Source of the DNA: Pyrodictiaceae archaeon
GTDB lineage: Archaea; Thermoproteota; Thermoprotei_A; Sulfolobales; Pyrodictiaceae
Length of the DNA stretch: 64,000 nt
NCBI GenBank assembly: GCA_027036135.1
Contig: JALVSY010000007.1
Span: 1,124,880-1,188,879, forward strand
Reading direction: 5' to 3'
The stretch's first letter is position 1. Every line of letters starts with the position of its first letter. Position numbers and translations under genes: made by a program. The notes under the pieces are model-generated. The model was not told the origin of the DNA. It searched no databases and saw only the letters and a list, made by a program, of their open reading frames with translations. Shown here in pieces: positions 19,701 through 30,645 of the stretch.

Positions 19701-21101
19701 TTGGGCGAATTCGTTGACCGGAGAGAGGAGCTTCGGTGGCTGGACGAGCACTGGGGGAGCAATAGAGCCGAGCTATTACTGGTCTATGGCCGTAGACGTG
19801 TTGGTAAGACGCGACTAGTATGGGAGTGGATGCGCGGCAAGAGAGTATTCTACTTCGTTGCCGAGGAGGTTCCGGAGCAGAGGCTTCTCGAGAGGCTTAG
19901 TAGGGAGCTAGCAGAGTTCACTGGGGACGAGCTCCTAGCTGAGAGACCCTTTACTAGTTGGCGGCAAGTCTTCCTCTACCTAGCTAACATAGCGAGAAGC
20001 GAGAGAATAGGCTTCGTCATAGACGAGTTCCAGTACGCAGCCACTACGAGCCCCGGGCTCTTATCAACGCTACAAGCTATCTGGGACACCAGGCTTAGCA
20101 ATACAAGGGCCTATATGCTGCTAATGGGTAGCCTGGTCTCCTTCACCGAGGGAGTACTCTCAGCCCGAAGCCCGCTCTACGGCAGACTAACCGGTGTCAT
20201 GAAGCTACAGCCACTTGGCCCCCTCGAGACTCGGTGCTTTGTGCCAGGCTGGAGCCCAGGCGACGCCATACGCCTATACACTGTCTTCGGTGGAGTCCCC
20301 GGCTACTTAGCGGAGATAGACCCGGGCCAAGGCCTCTGGAGCAACGTCGAGAAACTAGTACTAAGGCCCAACGCGCGATTCCTCGACGAAGCCCGCTACC
20401 TCCTACGCGAAGAGCTAAGAGAAGTTACACGCTACTACGCAGTACTAGAAGCCATAGCTAGTGGCGCGACTAGCTACGGCGAGATAGCCTCAGAGAGCGG
20501 CATACCAGGGGAGAGCCTCTCGAAGTACCTCCGCATCCTAGAGGAGATGGGGCTAGTGAAGCGCATCTACCCGGTAGTTGGGCGGGCCCGGGCCCGCTAT
20601 GTGGTAGCGGATCATTTCCTCAGGTTCTGGTTCCGCTACGTACCGAGGCACCGGGCAGCGATAGAGCTAGGCCTCTCCGAGAAAGTACTCGAGGCCATAA
20701 GGCGTGACTTCGAGGCAAGCCTAGTGCCGCTGACCTGGGAGGAGACACTGGGCCACATAGTCCTAGCCCTGGCTCGGAGAGGGGAGCTGGGCCTGGTTCC
20801 GACTAAGATGGGGCCCTGGTGGCACCGGGGTATGGAGATAGACCTTGTAGCTCTCGACGAGACCACTAAGCCCCCAAGAGTACTCGTGGCCGAGGCCAAG
20901 TGGTCTACAGTGGACCCGAGCGAGGCCAGGCACATACTAGATAAGCTGAGAGCGAAAGCCCAGCACTTACCCCTAGAGGCCTCGGAGACAAGGTACCTAC
21001 TACTAGCCAGGGAGACAAAGGGGGCGCCAAAGCTCCTAGAAAACGAGACAATACTCACCCTGAGAGACTACGATGAGCTAAGCAAAGACACATGCGGGTA
21101 A
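19701..21101 (+). CDS. Archaeal ATPase with wHTH and C-terminal DUF234/PD-(D/E)XK domain
   Basis: FVDRREEL, YGRRRVGKT, IDEFQY, FGGVPGYL, DHFLRFWFRY, EIDLV..EAKW. Confidence 0.9.
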   Translation: MGEFVDRREELRWLDEHWGSNRAELLLVYGRRRVGKTRLVWEWMRGKRVFYFVAEEVPEQRLLERLSRELAEFTGDELLAERPFTSWRQVFLYLANIARSERIGFVIDEFQYAATTSPGLLSTLQAIWDTRLSNTRAYMLLMGSLVSFTEGVLSARSPLYGRLTGVMKLQPLGPLETRCFVPGWSPGDAIRLYTVFGGVPGYLAEIDPGQGLWSNVEKLVLRPNARFLDEARYLLREELREVTRYYAVLEAIASGATSYGEIASESGIPGESLSKYLRILEEMGLVKRIYPVVGRARARYVVADHFLRFWFRYVPRHRAAIELGLSEKVLEAIRRDFEASLVPLTWEETLGHIVLALARRGELGLVPTKMGPWWHRGMEIDLVALDETTKPPRVLVAEAKWSTVDPSEARHILDKLRAKAQHLPLEASETRYLLLARETKGAPKLLENETILTLRDYDELSKDTCG

Positions 21102-21982
21102 GGGGAGCAATGAAGGAGGGGCATGGGAGCGCCTTGTGGTGTACCCCGGGGACAAGGCTCTACGGGCTCATAGGCTCGCCGATAAGACATAGCCTTAGCC
21201 CGCTAATCCACTGCACGCTCTACAAGAGGCATAGCGTAGACGCTGTCTACCTCGCCTGGGAAACGGGGCTAGATAATCTAGGGGAGAGAGTAGGGGCTCT
21301 CCGGAGCCTAGCCAGCGGCTTCAACGTCACCATACCCCTCAAGGAGAGAATCATAGAGCTATTGGATGAGCTGAGCAGGGAGGCAGGGGAGATAGGCGCG
21401 GTAAACACCGTCGATAATAGAGGCGGCAAGCTAGTCGGCTACAACACCGACTACCTCGGCGTGACAAGGTGCCTAGAGAACCACGAGCCAGAAGTAGTCT
21501 TGGTACTAGGGGCGGGTGGCGCAGCCCGAGCAGTAGTCTATGCTCTCCGCAAGCTAGGGGCCAAGAAGCTGCTAATCGCTAACCGCGGCGTAGAGAGAGC
21601 CGCTAGGCTAGCAGAGTGGGCCAATAGGCTAGGCTTGGAGGCAGAAGCACTTCCATTAACCAGGGCGCATGAGGCAGCAAAAAGGGCAGACACCATAGTA
21701 AACGCTACACCCCTCGGCAGCCAAGCCTGCTGCCCCGAGGAAGCACCCCCGGTACTAAGCGCTCTGGATAACAGCAAGCTGGTATTCGACCTAGTCTATA
21801 AGCCCATCAAGACAAAGCTCCTAAGAGAAGCTGAGAGAAAAGGAGCCGAAATAGTCACGGGGCTCTGTATGCTAATATGGCAAGCACTCTACGCCGACAA
21901 AATATGGCTAGGAATAACACCAAGCGAGGAAGACTACACTTACATAGAGAGGCTCGTAACGGAGAAGCTAGAGCCCAGCTAG
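21092..21982 (+). CDS. aroE: Shikimate dehydrogenase
   Basis: HSLSPLIH, FNVTIPLK, GAVNT, NTDY, GAGGAARA, DLVYKP. Confidence 0.95.
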   Translation: MRVRGAMKEGHGSALWCTPGTRLYGLIGSPIRHSLSPLIHCTLYKRHSVDAVYLAWETGLDNLGERVGALRSLASGFNVTIPLKERIIELLDELSREAGEIGAVNTVDNRGGKLVGYNTDYLGVTRCLENHEPEVVLVLGAGGAARAVVYALRKLGAKKLLIANRGVERAARLAEWANRLGLEAEALPLTRAHEAAKRADTIVNATPLGSQACCPEEAPPVLSALDNSKLVFDLVYKPIKTKLLREAERKGAEIVTGLCMLIWQALYADKIWLGITPSEEDYTYIERLVTEKLEPS

Positions 21983-22102
21983 GTAAGCGCCAACAATATT
22001 TCCGAGAAACCCCGGCGCATTAGACACGGGGCAAAGCGGTCCCTCTGGTCTTGGAGTGCTTCGTTGCCCTCATAGGCACTAGTTTCTCCGGGGAACAAGG
22101 TA

Positions 22103-22516
22103 ATGGATCTAAATGGTGTTCTAAAGAGGATACGTGACGCGCTCAGGGCACTAGAGCTGCGCAAAGGGAGCTACATAGTCATCTTCGGAAGCATGGCTGA
22201 GGGGCGAGAGACGCCTCTAAGCGATGTAGACATACTTGTGAAGGGGATGGGGCTAGAAGAGGCGCTACGAGTCGCAGAACTCGTTGAGAAAATCACTGGT
22301 AAGAGAGCTGATATAGTGTTCTTCGAGCACGCAGGCACGGTTCTCCTCTATGAAGCCCTTAACTATGGCATATTCGTGGCCGGCGACTACGAGGCCTTCC
22401 TCCATGATAAGTGGCTCGTAACGCTTGAGTGGCTAGACTTCGCCGAGGCATATGAGAGAATGCACAGATCTTATCGAAGAAAGGTACTAGGACTGAGCAG
22501 TGAAAGCAAGGGGTGA
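22103..22516 (+). CDS. mntA: MNT (minimal nucleotidyltransferase) antitoxin
   Basis: FGSMAEG...SDVDILV. Confidence 0.85.
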   Translation: MDLNGVLKRIRDALRALELRKGSYIVIFGSMAEGRETPLSDVDILVKGMGLEEALRVAELVEKITGKRADIVFFEHAGTVLLYEALNYGIFVAGDYEAFLHDKWLVTLEWLDFAEAYERMHRSYRRKVLGLSSESKG

Positions 22517-22522
22517 TTATGC

Positions 22523-22948
22523 TTGAGACCGAGTACTAGGCGCCGCATCGACCGGGTACTGAAGGCCCTTGAGAGAATAGATAAGCTAGTAGCGATGGGC
22601 CTAGACGAGCTACTGGAGAATGAGCTTGAGCCCCTTCTTGAGCGCGAGGTAGAGGTCGTTATACAGGGCTTGCTCGATATAGGCGAGTTCATCATTTCTT
22701 ACAAGGGCTTTGAGCCGCCCAGCAAGTACAGCGATGTAGGGAGAATACTTGCAAAGCACAACGTACTGGACAAGGAGAGTGCCGAGACCCTGGTAAGGCT
22801 AGCACGGCTTCGCAACATAATAGTCCACCTCTACGCCGACATCGATTACGAGCTATTATTTGAGCACGCTAGCCAGCTACGAAGCGATGCCCGAAACATT
22901 CTCCACAAACTCATAGACTATATAGAGAGAAACAACATAGACCCCTGA
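22523..22948 (+). CDS. hepT: HEPN (DUF86) RNase toxin
   Basis: RLRNIIVHLY (RX4H); follows the MNT gene. Confidence 0.9.
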   Translation: MRPSTRRRIDRVLKALERIDKLVAMGLDELLENELEPLLEREVEVVIQGLLDIGEFIISYKGFEPPSKYSDVGRILAKHNVLDKESAETLVRLARLRNIIVHLYADIDYELLFEHASQLRSDARNILHKLIDYIERNNIDP

Positions 22949-22954
22949 ACTGTC

Positions 22955-23620
22955 TTAGAGTACTCCGAGCAGTCTCCATGCCTCAAGTAGTTCTCTGAGC
23001 ACGAGCTGGCCTGGGGCTACCGGCTCTCCTAGCGAGGCATAGGTGAATGGCGCGCCTATTAGTGGGGCTAGTATCCTTGATAGCCTGCCCTTCTTGCCCA
23101 TCGCGAACGCTACTATTCTTCCCTTTCTCCACGCGTTTAGCCCTAGGAGTCTCCAGTTATCAGCAAGCCTCCTAGCCATGGTGACTATCTTGGCTATGGC
23201 CGCTCCTCGCCGAATCATGTCGCCGGCATAGCTGTAGAGAACCTCGGGTGCCGGGGTCCAGCGATAATCATGATACGATACTATGACGCGTCCCCGGGCC
23301 TCTTGGAGCGCCTTGTCTAGTAATGGGAAGCGGTACTCGAGGTCTATGAGCCATGCCCTCTTGTCCAATAAGCCTAGAAGCGTAGCGAGCTTCTCCTCGT
23401 CGGGGCCCGAGTACTCTCCTCCCTCCCGCTTATCCCTCAGCGTCGCTATCACGCGGACTCCTCGCTCAGCAAGAAGCGTGACCGCTTTCTCTGCTTCCTC
23501 CCTGGTATAGCCTAGTAGGTCTAGGCGTAGCTCCACCACGCGGCAACCATGCTGCTCCACGACTCTTACTAGCTCCTCTGGCGGTGCCCTAGGCGGTATA
23601 CAGGCTACCTTCTCGAGCAT
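22955..23620 (-). CDS. aroD: Type I 3-dehydroquinate dehydratase
   Basis: ELRLD, TLR..EGG, SYHD..TP, KIV, AMG..G..SR, APGQ. Confidence 0.92.
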   Translation of the reverse strand: MLEKVACIPPRAPPEELVRVVEQHGCRVVELRLDLLGYTREEAEKAVTLLAERGVRVIATLRDKREGGEYSGPDEEKLATLLGLLDKRAWLIDLEYRFPLLDKALQEARGRVIVSYHDYRWTPAPEVLYSYAGDMIRRGAAIAKIVTMARRLADNWRLLGLNAWRKGRIVAFAMGKKGRLSRILAPLIGAPFTYASLGEPVAPGQLVLRELLEAWRLLGVL

Positions 23621-23621
23621 A

Positions 23622-24737
23622 TTAGTCGCCGTGGCTAGCCTCCCTCCAGGCCTCTCTAAGCCCGGCTACAGCCTCTCCCAGGTCTAGCTCTACGAGGACT
23701 GGCTTACCTATCCCCTCTAGGAGTGGTAGTAGTATTTTGTCACCCTTCCTCTTCTTATCGAGCCTTACGAGCCCGATTACCTCGCCGGGCTCGAGGCCCT
23801 TGGGAGGCCTTGTCGGGAGGCCGAGGGATGCTAAGGCGTTCTTTATCTCTTCTACCTCGTCTAGGGGGAGCCCAGTGACGCGGTGCGCAAGATAGGATTC
23901 CACGACAAGGCCTATTGCGACAGCTTCTCCGTGCCTAAGGGAGTAGCTCGTAGCCTTCTCAAGTGCGTGAGCGACTGTGTGCCCGAGGTTCAGTAACGCT
24001 CTATCCCCCCTTCTCTCCCTATAGTCCCTCGAGACAATCTTCATCTTAGTATCTAGGCTGAGACGAATCATCCTGGCGAGGACACCGTGTCTCCTAGCAA
24101 GTATTTCTTCTCTATGGCTGAGGAGCCATTCGAGGAACCATTTTCCCTCTAGGAGAGCGTGCTTAACAACCTCGGCTAGCCCCGCTATGTAGTCTCTCTC
24201 CCTCAGTGTCTCGAGGTGCTCCGTGTCAATAACGACTAGTCTTGGGTGGTGAAATGCACCGATGATGTTCTTGGCGCCGAGGTTGACGGCAGTCTTACCC
24301 CCGACGGAGGCATCAACCATGGATAAGAGAGTCGTGGGAATAACTGCCCAGTCTATTCCACGCATATAGGTAGCTGCAGCGAACCCAGCGGCGTCGCTCA
24401 CTGCTCCACCCCCATAGGCTATTAGTAGGGAGTCTCGGTCAGCCCCGCTTCCTAGTAGCCACTCCCAGAGCTCCTTGACTGTGTCAAGGCTCTTCGCCTG
24501 CTCGCCCCCAGCGATGATCCTTACAACTAGCCTCCCGGTACCCTTCAGCGCCTCCTCTGCGTCTCTCCTAAAGCTCTCTGGGAGCCCGGAGTCAGCCACG
24601 AGGGCTATGAGGGAGTAACCTGTGCCTAGGGAGCCTATGAGCCTGGGTAGTAGCCTCCGGGTGCCGCGCCCCACGAATATGTCTACTCTATGATCGTCGC
24701 TGATAACCCAGCTACTATGCTCCAGCCCGTTGCTCAT
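23622..24737 (-). CDS. aroB: 3-dehydroquinate synthase
   Basis: GGEQAKS, PTTLLSMVDASVGGKTAVN, LNLGHTVAHALE, HGEAVA. Confidence 0.95.
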   Translation of the reverse strand: MSNGLEHSSWVISDDHRVDIFVGRGTRRLLPRLIGSLGTGYSLIALVADSGLPESFRRDAEEALKGTGRLVVRIIAGGEQAKSLDTVKELWEWLLGSGADRDSLLIAYGGGAVSDAAGFAAATYMRGIDWAVIPTTLLSMVDASVGGKTAVNLGAKNIIGAFHHPRLVVIDTEHLETLRERDYIAGLAEVVKHALLEGKWFLEWLLSHREEILARRHGVLARMIRLSLDTKMKIVSRDYRERRGDRALLNLGHTVAHALEKATSYSLRHGEAVAIGLVVESYLAHRVTGLPLDEVEEIKNALASLGLPTRPPKGLEPGEVIGLVRLDKKRKGDKILLPLLEGIGKPVLVELDLGEAVAGLREAWREASHGD

Positions 24738-25552
24738 AGCAGTCTCATCCCTCTTAGCATCCTCATGGTCTCCGCGAACTCGCTGAAGCTTAGCTGCTGC
24801 TTGGAATCACTAAGCGCCTTCTCGGGCTCCGGGTGAACCTCTATCATCAAGCCATGCGCCCCAGCCGCTAACGCTGCCCTGGCAAGCCACGGCACGAGGT
24901 CCCTTCTCCCAGCCGGGTGGCTCACATCAACCACTATGGGTAGCCTAGAGAGCTTCCTAATTATCGGTACAACCGTTATGTCGAGGCTGAACCTCGCATA
25001 CTCGTTGATACACCTAGTTCCTCTCTCGATGAGAGCTACCTCCTCGAGTCCCCCGGCGAGCAGGTACTCGGCTGAGCAGAGCCACTCGTTAATAGTGGCG
25101 CCGAAGTGCCTCTTAAGGAACACTGGCTTACCAGCACGTGCCAGCTCTCTTAGGAGGGGCGTGTTCTGCATATTCCTTGCCCCGACCCATATAGCGTCAA
25201 CGTACTCAGCGGCAACCGAGACGTCGCGGGGATCCATGACCTCAGTCATGACCGGTAGCCCCGTCTTATCCCCGGCTTCGCGGAGCCACTCCAGTGCCTT
25301 GACACCATGGCCCTGGAAGCTGTAGGGGCTTGTGCGCGGCTTCCAGGCACCACCCCTTATGATTACGTTCCTGAGCCCCAGCTCATCTACCAGCACCTTC
25401 CTGATTGTCCTCGCTGTCTCGAGTATCATTTCGGGGTTCTCGATGCTACAAGGCCCAGCTATTATTACGGGTTCCTCTCCCCCGACCATGGCTCTACCTA
25501 TGTGGAAGCGTACTGGCTCGCCACTTTCGCGCAAGACTCTCCGACAATCCAA
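24734..25552 (-). CDS. aroF: DAHP synthase, type I-beta, no regulatory domain
   Basis: IAGPCSIE, GGAWKPRTSPYSFQG, GARNMQN, ERG, DVSH, EVHPEP..ALSD. Confidence 0.95.
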   Translation of the reverse strand: MDCRRVLRESGEPVRFHIGRAMVGGEEPVIIAGPCSIENPEMILETARTIRKVLVDELGLRNVIIRGGAWKPRTSPYSFQGHGVKALEWLREAGDKTGLPVMTEVMDPRDVSVAAEYVDAIWVGARNMQNTPLLRELARAGKPVFLKRHFGATINEWLCSAEYLLAGGLEEVALIERGTRCINEYARFSLDITVVPIIRKLSRLPIVVDVSHPAGRRDLVPWLARAALAAGAHGLMIEVHPEPEKALSDSKQQLSFSEFAETMRMLRGMRLL

Positions 25553-25695
25553 GACCGATACACCCTTATACTGGTGAACCCCTGGCCTCGTTAGACCCGT
25601 GTTAGAACAGACTAGAAAAGGTTTTTACCCCTAACCAGTGGTGATATTGGATGGTTGGATCCACGGAGAAAAGACCCGCGATGAACTAGAGGAGG

Positions 25696-26511
25696 GTGTT
25701 GCCTATTGTATCGAGACTAGAACTAGTAAGGAGAATAGATAGTCTCCCCGCACAGCCCCGAGCCCAGATTCTACACCAAGTCTCCCTCCGCGCTAGGAAG
25801 AGAATCCTAAGAATGGCCTCAATAGAGAAAAGCATACACGTAGGCTCATCCCTAAGCAGCCTCGACATACTAGCAGCCATACTCATCGGCAGGGGGCTAA
25901 GGAGAACCGGGGACAAGCCAACCGAGAAGGACTGGCTAATACTCAGCAAGGGCCATGCAGTCCCAGCGCTCTACGCCCTACTAGTGGAACTAGGCAAGCT
26001 CACCGACAAAGACCTGGACACAATACGAGACATAGACGGGCTAGAGGGACACCCTGATAACGGCCTAGACGGGGTAGACGTCTCAACAGGCAGCCTTGGC
26101 CAGGGACTAAGCATCGCAGCCGGGATAGCCTACGCTATGCGCCTAGACCACACCTGGACGACTCACCGCGTCTTCGTAGTCCTAGGCGACGGGGAGCTAG
26201 ACGAGGGCCAGGTATGGGAGGCAGCAGCCACCATAGCGCACCTGGGGCTAAGCAACATAGTAGCGATAGTCGATGCAAACGGGTTCCAGCTAGACGGGGC
26301 AACCAGCGAGATCAAGAACAAGGGCGACTTGGCTCAGCGTTGGAGAAGCCTAGGGTGGAGAGTAATAGAGATCGATGGACACAACCACGAGATGATACTA
26401 GAGGCGCTCTCCGAGGCAGAGGCATCGCCACAGCCAGTAGTCATCATCGCCTACACGAGGAGGGGTAATGGGCTAGGAGTACTAGAGGCTACTGGTGGAC
26501 AGCATGTCTAG
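25696..26511 (+). CDS. Transketolase N-terminal (TPP-binding) subunit
   Basis: LSKGHA, GHP, STGSLGQG, GDGELDEGQVWEA. Confidence 0.92.
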   Translation: MLPIVSRLELVRRIDSLPAQPRAQILHQVSLRARKRILRMASIEKSIHVGSSLSSLDILAAILIGRGLRRTGDKPTEKDWLILSKGHAVPALYALLVELGKLTDKDLDTIRDIDGLEGHPDNGLDGVDVSTGSLGQGLSIAAGIAYAMRLDHTWTTHRVFVVLGDGELDEGQVWEAAATIAHLGLSNIVAIVDANGFQLDGATSEIKNKGDLAQRWRSLGWRVIEIDGHNHEMILEALSEAEASPQPVVIIAYTRRGNGLGVLEATGGQHV

Positions 26512-27469
26512 CCAGCTAGCCAGCCCAGAGAGCCTCGGAGCGATAAGGGACGCTGTGGGCAAGGCACTGCTACGCCTCGGCGAGGAGGACAAGGACGTAG
26601 TGGTATTGACCGCTGATGTCGCTAGGAGTACCCGTACTAGGTGGTTCGCCGAGAGGTTCCCAGAGCGCTTCGTGAACATCGGTATATCGGAGCAGGATAT
26701 GATAGGGTTCGCGGCAGGCCTAGCCCTTGGGGGCAAGAAGCCATACGCCGCGGCATTCGCGATGTTCATGATGAGGGCCTGGGAGCAGATAAGAAACACT
26801 GTTGACAGAATGAACCTCAACGTCAAGCTAATAGCTACTCATAGCGGGTTCAGCGACCACGGAGACGGCGCCAGCCACCAGAGCCTAGAAGACATAGCCC
26901 TCATGAGAGTCCTCCACAACATGACAGTAGTCATTCCCGCTGATCCCCCACAAGCCTACAAAGCAATCCTGGCAATCCACCGGGTCAGGGGCCCAGTCTA
27001 TCTAAGGATAGGGCGTGACTACTCGCCCCCCGTAACGGATCCCAGCGCGGAGTACAGGCTCGGAGAACTAGAGCTACTGAGAGACGGAGAGGATGTCGCA
27101 CTGGTCTCGGCTGGCCCCGTCCTAGCACATGTTGTCGAGGCTGCAAAGATGCTAGAGGCTAAGGGCCTAAGCGTTGCGGTCGCTAACCTGCACACAGTCA
27201 AGCCAATAGACGAGGCCCGTCTCGTGAGGCTTGCGCAGCGAACAGGGCTAGTAGTCGTGGTCGAGGAGCACTTCCCGAGAGGTGGGCTCTTCGGAGCAGT
27301 AGCTGAGACCCTTGCGCAGCGATACCCGGTACCCGTGGTCCCGGTAGCGGCCAAAGGCTATGGGCATAGTGCTAGGAGCGTTATGGATCTCTACGAGCGC
27401 CACGGCCTAGTAGCAGACAGTATTGCGAAGAGGGTCGTTGAGGCGGTGGAGAAGTGGCGAAAGAGGTAG
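26495..27469 (+). CDS. Transketolase C-terminal subunit
   Basis: NIGISEQDM, RAWEQIRN, DGASHQSLED, TVKPID, EEH. Confidence 0.92.
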   Translation: MDSMSSQLASPESLGAIRDAVGKALLRLGEEDKDVVVLTADVARSTRTRWFAERFPERFVNIGISEQDMIGFAAGLALGGKKPYAAAFAMFMMRAWEQIRNTVDRMNLNVKLIATHSGFSDHGDGASHQSLEDIALMRVLHNMTVVIPADPPQAYKAILAIHRVRGPVYLRIGRDYSPPVTDPSAEYRLGELELLRDGEDVALVSAGPVLAHVVEAAKMLEAKGLSVAVANLHTVKPIDEARLVRLAQRTGLVVVVEEHFPRGGLFGAVAETLAQRYPVPVVPVAAKGYGHSARSVMDLYERHGLVADSIAKRVVEAVEKWRKR

Positions 27470-28517
27470 CTCTACCAGAGGAGTTCCTATGGCTCCGCAA
27501 GGCACTTGAGAGACTCGACGCCGTTCTCCTAGAGACTATCGCGGCGCGGCTAAACACGGTAAAGGCTATCAGCAAGGCTAAGCGCGGCGTAGGGCTCCCC
27601 GTCTACGACGAGAACCGGGAACGAGAAGCCAGAAGCAACCTGGTTGAGAAGGCTAGGAGCCTTGGACTAAGCAGGGAGCTAGCCGAGAAGCTCTACACCG
27701 TGCTTGTCCACGAGTCTAGGTGTGCTCAGCTCTACTGCCCCGAGAGACTAAGAATATACATATACGGCTACGGCAGGATGGCGCGAACCATTGCCTCGGC
27801 CCTGGCCCGGGCGGGTTGCTGGGTGGCGATAGGCGGGCGCGACGAGGAGAAGGCACGGGGGCTCGCAGAGGAGCTAGGAGCCCTAGCCATGGAGCCTCAG
27901 AGAGGGATCGACTGGGCAGACATGGTCGTCTACGCGGTGCCTGGCAGCGTGGTGCCGGGCTTGCTTGAGGAGCACTTAAGGCATGCTAGGCAGAGCATGC
28001 TCTTCACCGACCTAGCCTCGATCAAGAAACCCCTAGTAGAAAAATAGAACAGGTACTAGCGAGGACCGAGGAGCCCCCGGAGTACGCTAGCCTTCACCCC
28101 CTCTTCGGGCCCATAGAGTGCCCAGCAGGAGAGACGGTAGCGATAATACCTGTTAGGCTAGCGCGCTGGAGGGAGAAGCTAGTCCAGCTCCTACACGGTC
28201 TCGGAATGAAAACAGTAACAATAGACCCGGGTACACATGACCGGGTCATGGCTGTTAACCAGGTACTACACCACCTAGTCCATCAACTATACCACGAGGC
28301 CTCCAAGCAACTAGCAACACGACTAGGCATAGACAACGAGCTAGTAGAGAAACTAATGACCAGGAGCCTTAGACAAACAATCCAAGTAACCAACAGGCTA
28401 GCAACCCTGAGCAACGTGGTCGAGGAGATAAGGCGAGAAAACCCCTACAGCAACGAAGCACTCAAGGCACTAAGAGAAGTCGCCGAGAAGCTCACCACGC
28501 AGCTACGAGGGAGCTGA
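27454..28517 (+). CDS. tyrA: Chorismate mutase-prephenate dehydrogenase fusion, frameshifted at A-run 28040-28044
   Basis: AroQ domain (K...GLPVYDENRE), GYGRM, DLASIK; second frame gives EKIEQV..SLHPLFGP..HDRVMAVNQVLHH. Confidence 0.85.
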
Positions 28518-28529
28518 GAGGCCCCCAGC

Positions 28530-29331
28530 ATGCCTCGGCTACGAGTCGCCTACCTAGGCCCAAGGCATAGCTTCACACACATAGCGGCAACAAGGCTATT
28601 CCCCGACGCGGAGTACGTAGCAGCTAAGAGCATAACCGAGGTCTTTAACCTAGTTGAGAGCTACGAGGCCAGCTACGGCGTGGTGCCGCTCGAGAATAGC
28701 CTAGAGGGCCCTCGTCGGAGAGACCCTAGACAACCTAGCATCAACAATGCTGAGCATATACGCTGGGCTCGAGATGCGCATAAAACTAGTACTAGCCACT
28801 GGCTCCGAGAACCCAGCCAAGAAGCTCTACTCTCACCCCCACGCTTATGGGGAAGCATACCACAACGTAGCAAGGATACTGAGTAGCCACGAGTTCATAC
28901 CAACAACTAGCACAAGCCAGGCAGCAACCGAAGCAGCAAGGAACCATGCTTATTGCCTCTGCAGCGAACAGGCAGCGAGAAAGAACAACCTCAAAATAAT
29001 ACTGGAAGACGCCTCGACCGCACCCAACTACACAAGGTTCATCACCATAGCGTGGCACGACCAGCCAAGAAACGCCCACAGAACAATGCTAATAACAGCG
29101 CTACCAGATAAGCCAGGCTCGCTCCACGACTGGCTAGAGCCCTTCGCCAAGCGAGAAATAAACCTCAAAATGATATACTCGCGCCCAGTCCCAAGCAAGC
29201 CCTGGCACTACAACTTCTACATAGAGCTAGAGGGCACAAGACTAGACAAAAACATAGCAGAAGCACTACAAGAGGCTAAGCAAAGAAGCCTAAGAATACT
29301 AGGCAGCTACCCCTACCGCCAAGAAAGTTGA
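28530..29331 (+). CDS. pheA: Prephenate dehydratase, frameshifted at ~28710
   Basis: AYLGPRHSFT, GVVPLENSLEG|VGETLD, YSHPHA, NYTRF, ACT domain DKPGSL..IYSRP. Confidence 0.88.
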
Positions 29332-29366
29332 TGAGTCCTCTGCGAGTCATCGGTGATTATTGTACC

Positions 29367-30497
29367 CTATTCGTCGCCTAGGTTCCTCTCCAGCCAATGA
29401 TAGTGCTCCAGCCTATAGGGTAGCCATCTTAGTAAATGGTCTGTTGTTACTAGGGCTGTTACTGCCTCTACTACTGGTACTGCTCTTATCGCTATTGCTG
29501 GGTCGTGGCGCCCCCGACCCGTTATTGTTGCTTCCTCTAACCCCCTCCAGTCGATGGTTCTTAGTGGCTTCCTTATAGTGGAGGTCGGTTTGAAGGCTGC
29601 TCGCATCACTATCGGTGCCCCGGTGGAGAGTCCGCCGAGGACGCCGCCAGAGTACCCGGGCACTGGTACTGGTGCTCCCTCAGTGCTTAGTACTATGTTG
29701 TCGGTTGCCTCGGAGCCCCGCTTCTCCCCAGCCCTCATCCCTATACCCAGCTCGACACCCCTTACCCCCGGGATGGCGAAGAACGCCTTAGCTAGGTCAG
29801 CGTCGAGCGGGTCTAGTGGTGGCTCGCCTAGGCCTGGTGGCGCCCCGGTTATCCATACCTCTACTACGCCGCCGAGGCTGTCGCCCTCGCGGAGCGCTGC
29901 TATGAGTGCCTTCCTCATCTCCTCCGAGGCCTCCTCGTCGTGGCAGAATACGGGGCTCCTGTTCCTCTCCTCCCTAAGCCTCTCTAGCTCCTCTGCGCTC
30001 CTAGGCTCAGGGCAGGTTGCTGGGCCTAGGCGGCGCAGATAGGCATAGAACCCTAGGCCATGCCTCCCAGCTATCTTCTTCGCTACGGCGCCGGCGGCGA
30101 CGAGGGCAGCAGTTAGCCTACCAGAGAACATACCCCCGCCACGATAATCGTTGAACCCCATGTAGCGAAGCCTAGCAGCTAGGTCAGAGTGGCCGGGCCG
30201 GGGCCTATGACGAACAACCTCCTCGTAGAAACTGCTATCAACGTCACGGTTACGAATAATCCCCGCGATGGGGGCCCCAGTAGTATAGCCCATATAGACG
30301 CCGCTAAGCAGCTCCACCTGGTCCTCTTCGCGCCTAGGACTAGTAAGCACCCGGCCGGGGCGGCGAAGCGCAAGCTCCTCATTAATCTCCTCGACACTAA
30401 TAGCTATACCTGGCGGAACACCCTCAAGCACAAAACCAACACAACAACCATGACTCTCCCCGAATAATGTAAGGCGGAGAAGCTTACCAAGCGCCAA
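29367..30497 (-). CDS. aroC: Chorismate synthase
   Basis: FGESHG, RPGHSD, RGGGMFSGRLTA, FKPTST, GRHDP. Confidence 0.95.
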   Translation of the reverse strand: MALGKLLRLTLFGESHGCCVGFVLEGVPPGIAISVEEINEELALRRPGRVLTSPRREEDQVELLSGVYMGYTTGAPIAGIIRNRDVDSSFYEEVVRHRPRPGHSDLAARLRYMGFNDYRGGGMFSGRLTAALVAAGAVAKKIAGRHGLGFYAYLRRLGPATCPEPRSAEELERLREERNRSPVFCHDEEASEEMRKALIAALREGDSLGGVVEVWITGAPPGLGEPPLDPLDADLAKAFFAIPGVRGVELGIGMRAGEKRGSEATDNIVLSTEGAPVPVPGYSGGVLGGLSTGAPIVMRAAFKPTSTIRKPLRTIDWRGLEEATITGRGRHDPAIAIRAVPVVEAVTALVTTDHLLRWLPYRLEHYHWLERNLGDE

Positions 30498-30645
30498 GCG
30501 TTACCAGCCCCTCTACCAAGGCAGCCGTAGCGCTCAAAATAGCTAATCCTCCCTTGCAGAGAAACTATCATTTTTCTTGGGTTTAATCAATGGCTCCATG
30601 AGAGACGGAAGAGACCCAAAATTAGCTTACTATATTTATCTTTTG

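Noticed and set aside
28030-28050. Programmed -1 frameshift in tyrA
   Set aside because: No canonical X XXY YYZ heptamer with downstream structure, and many similar indels elsewhere point to sequencing error.
29327-29375. TGATGA after pheA as a possible C/D-box sRNA
   Set aside because: No properly spaced CTGA D box, and the motif overlaps the pheA stop codon.
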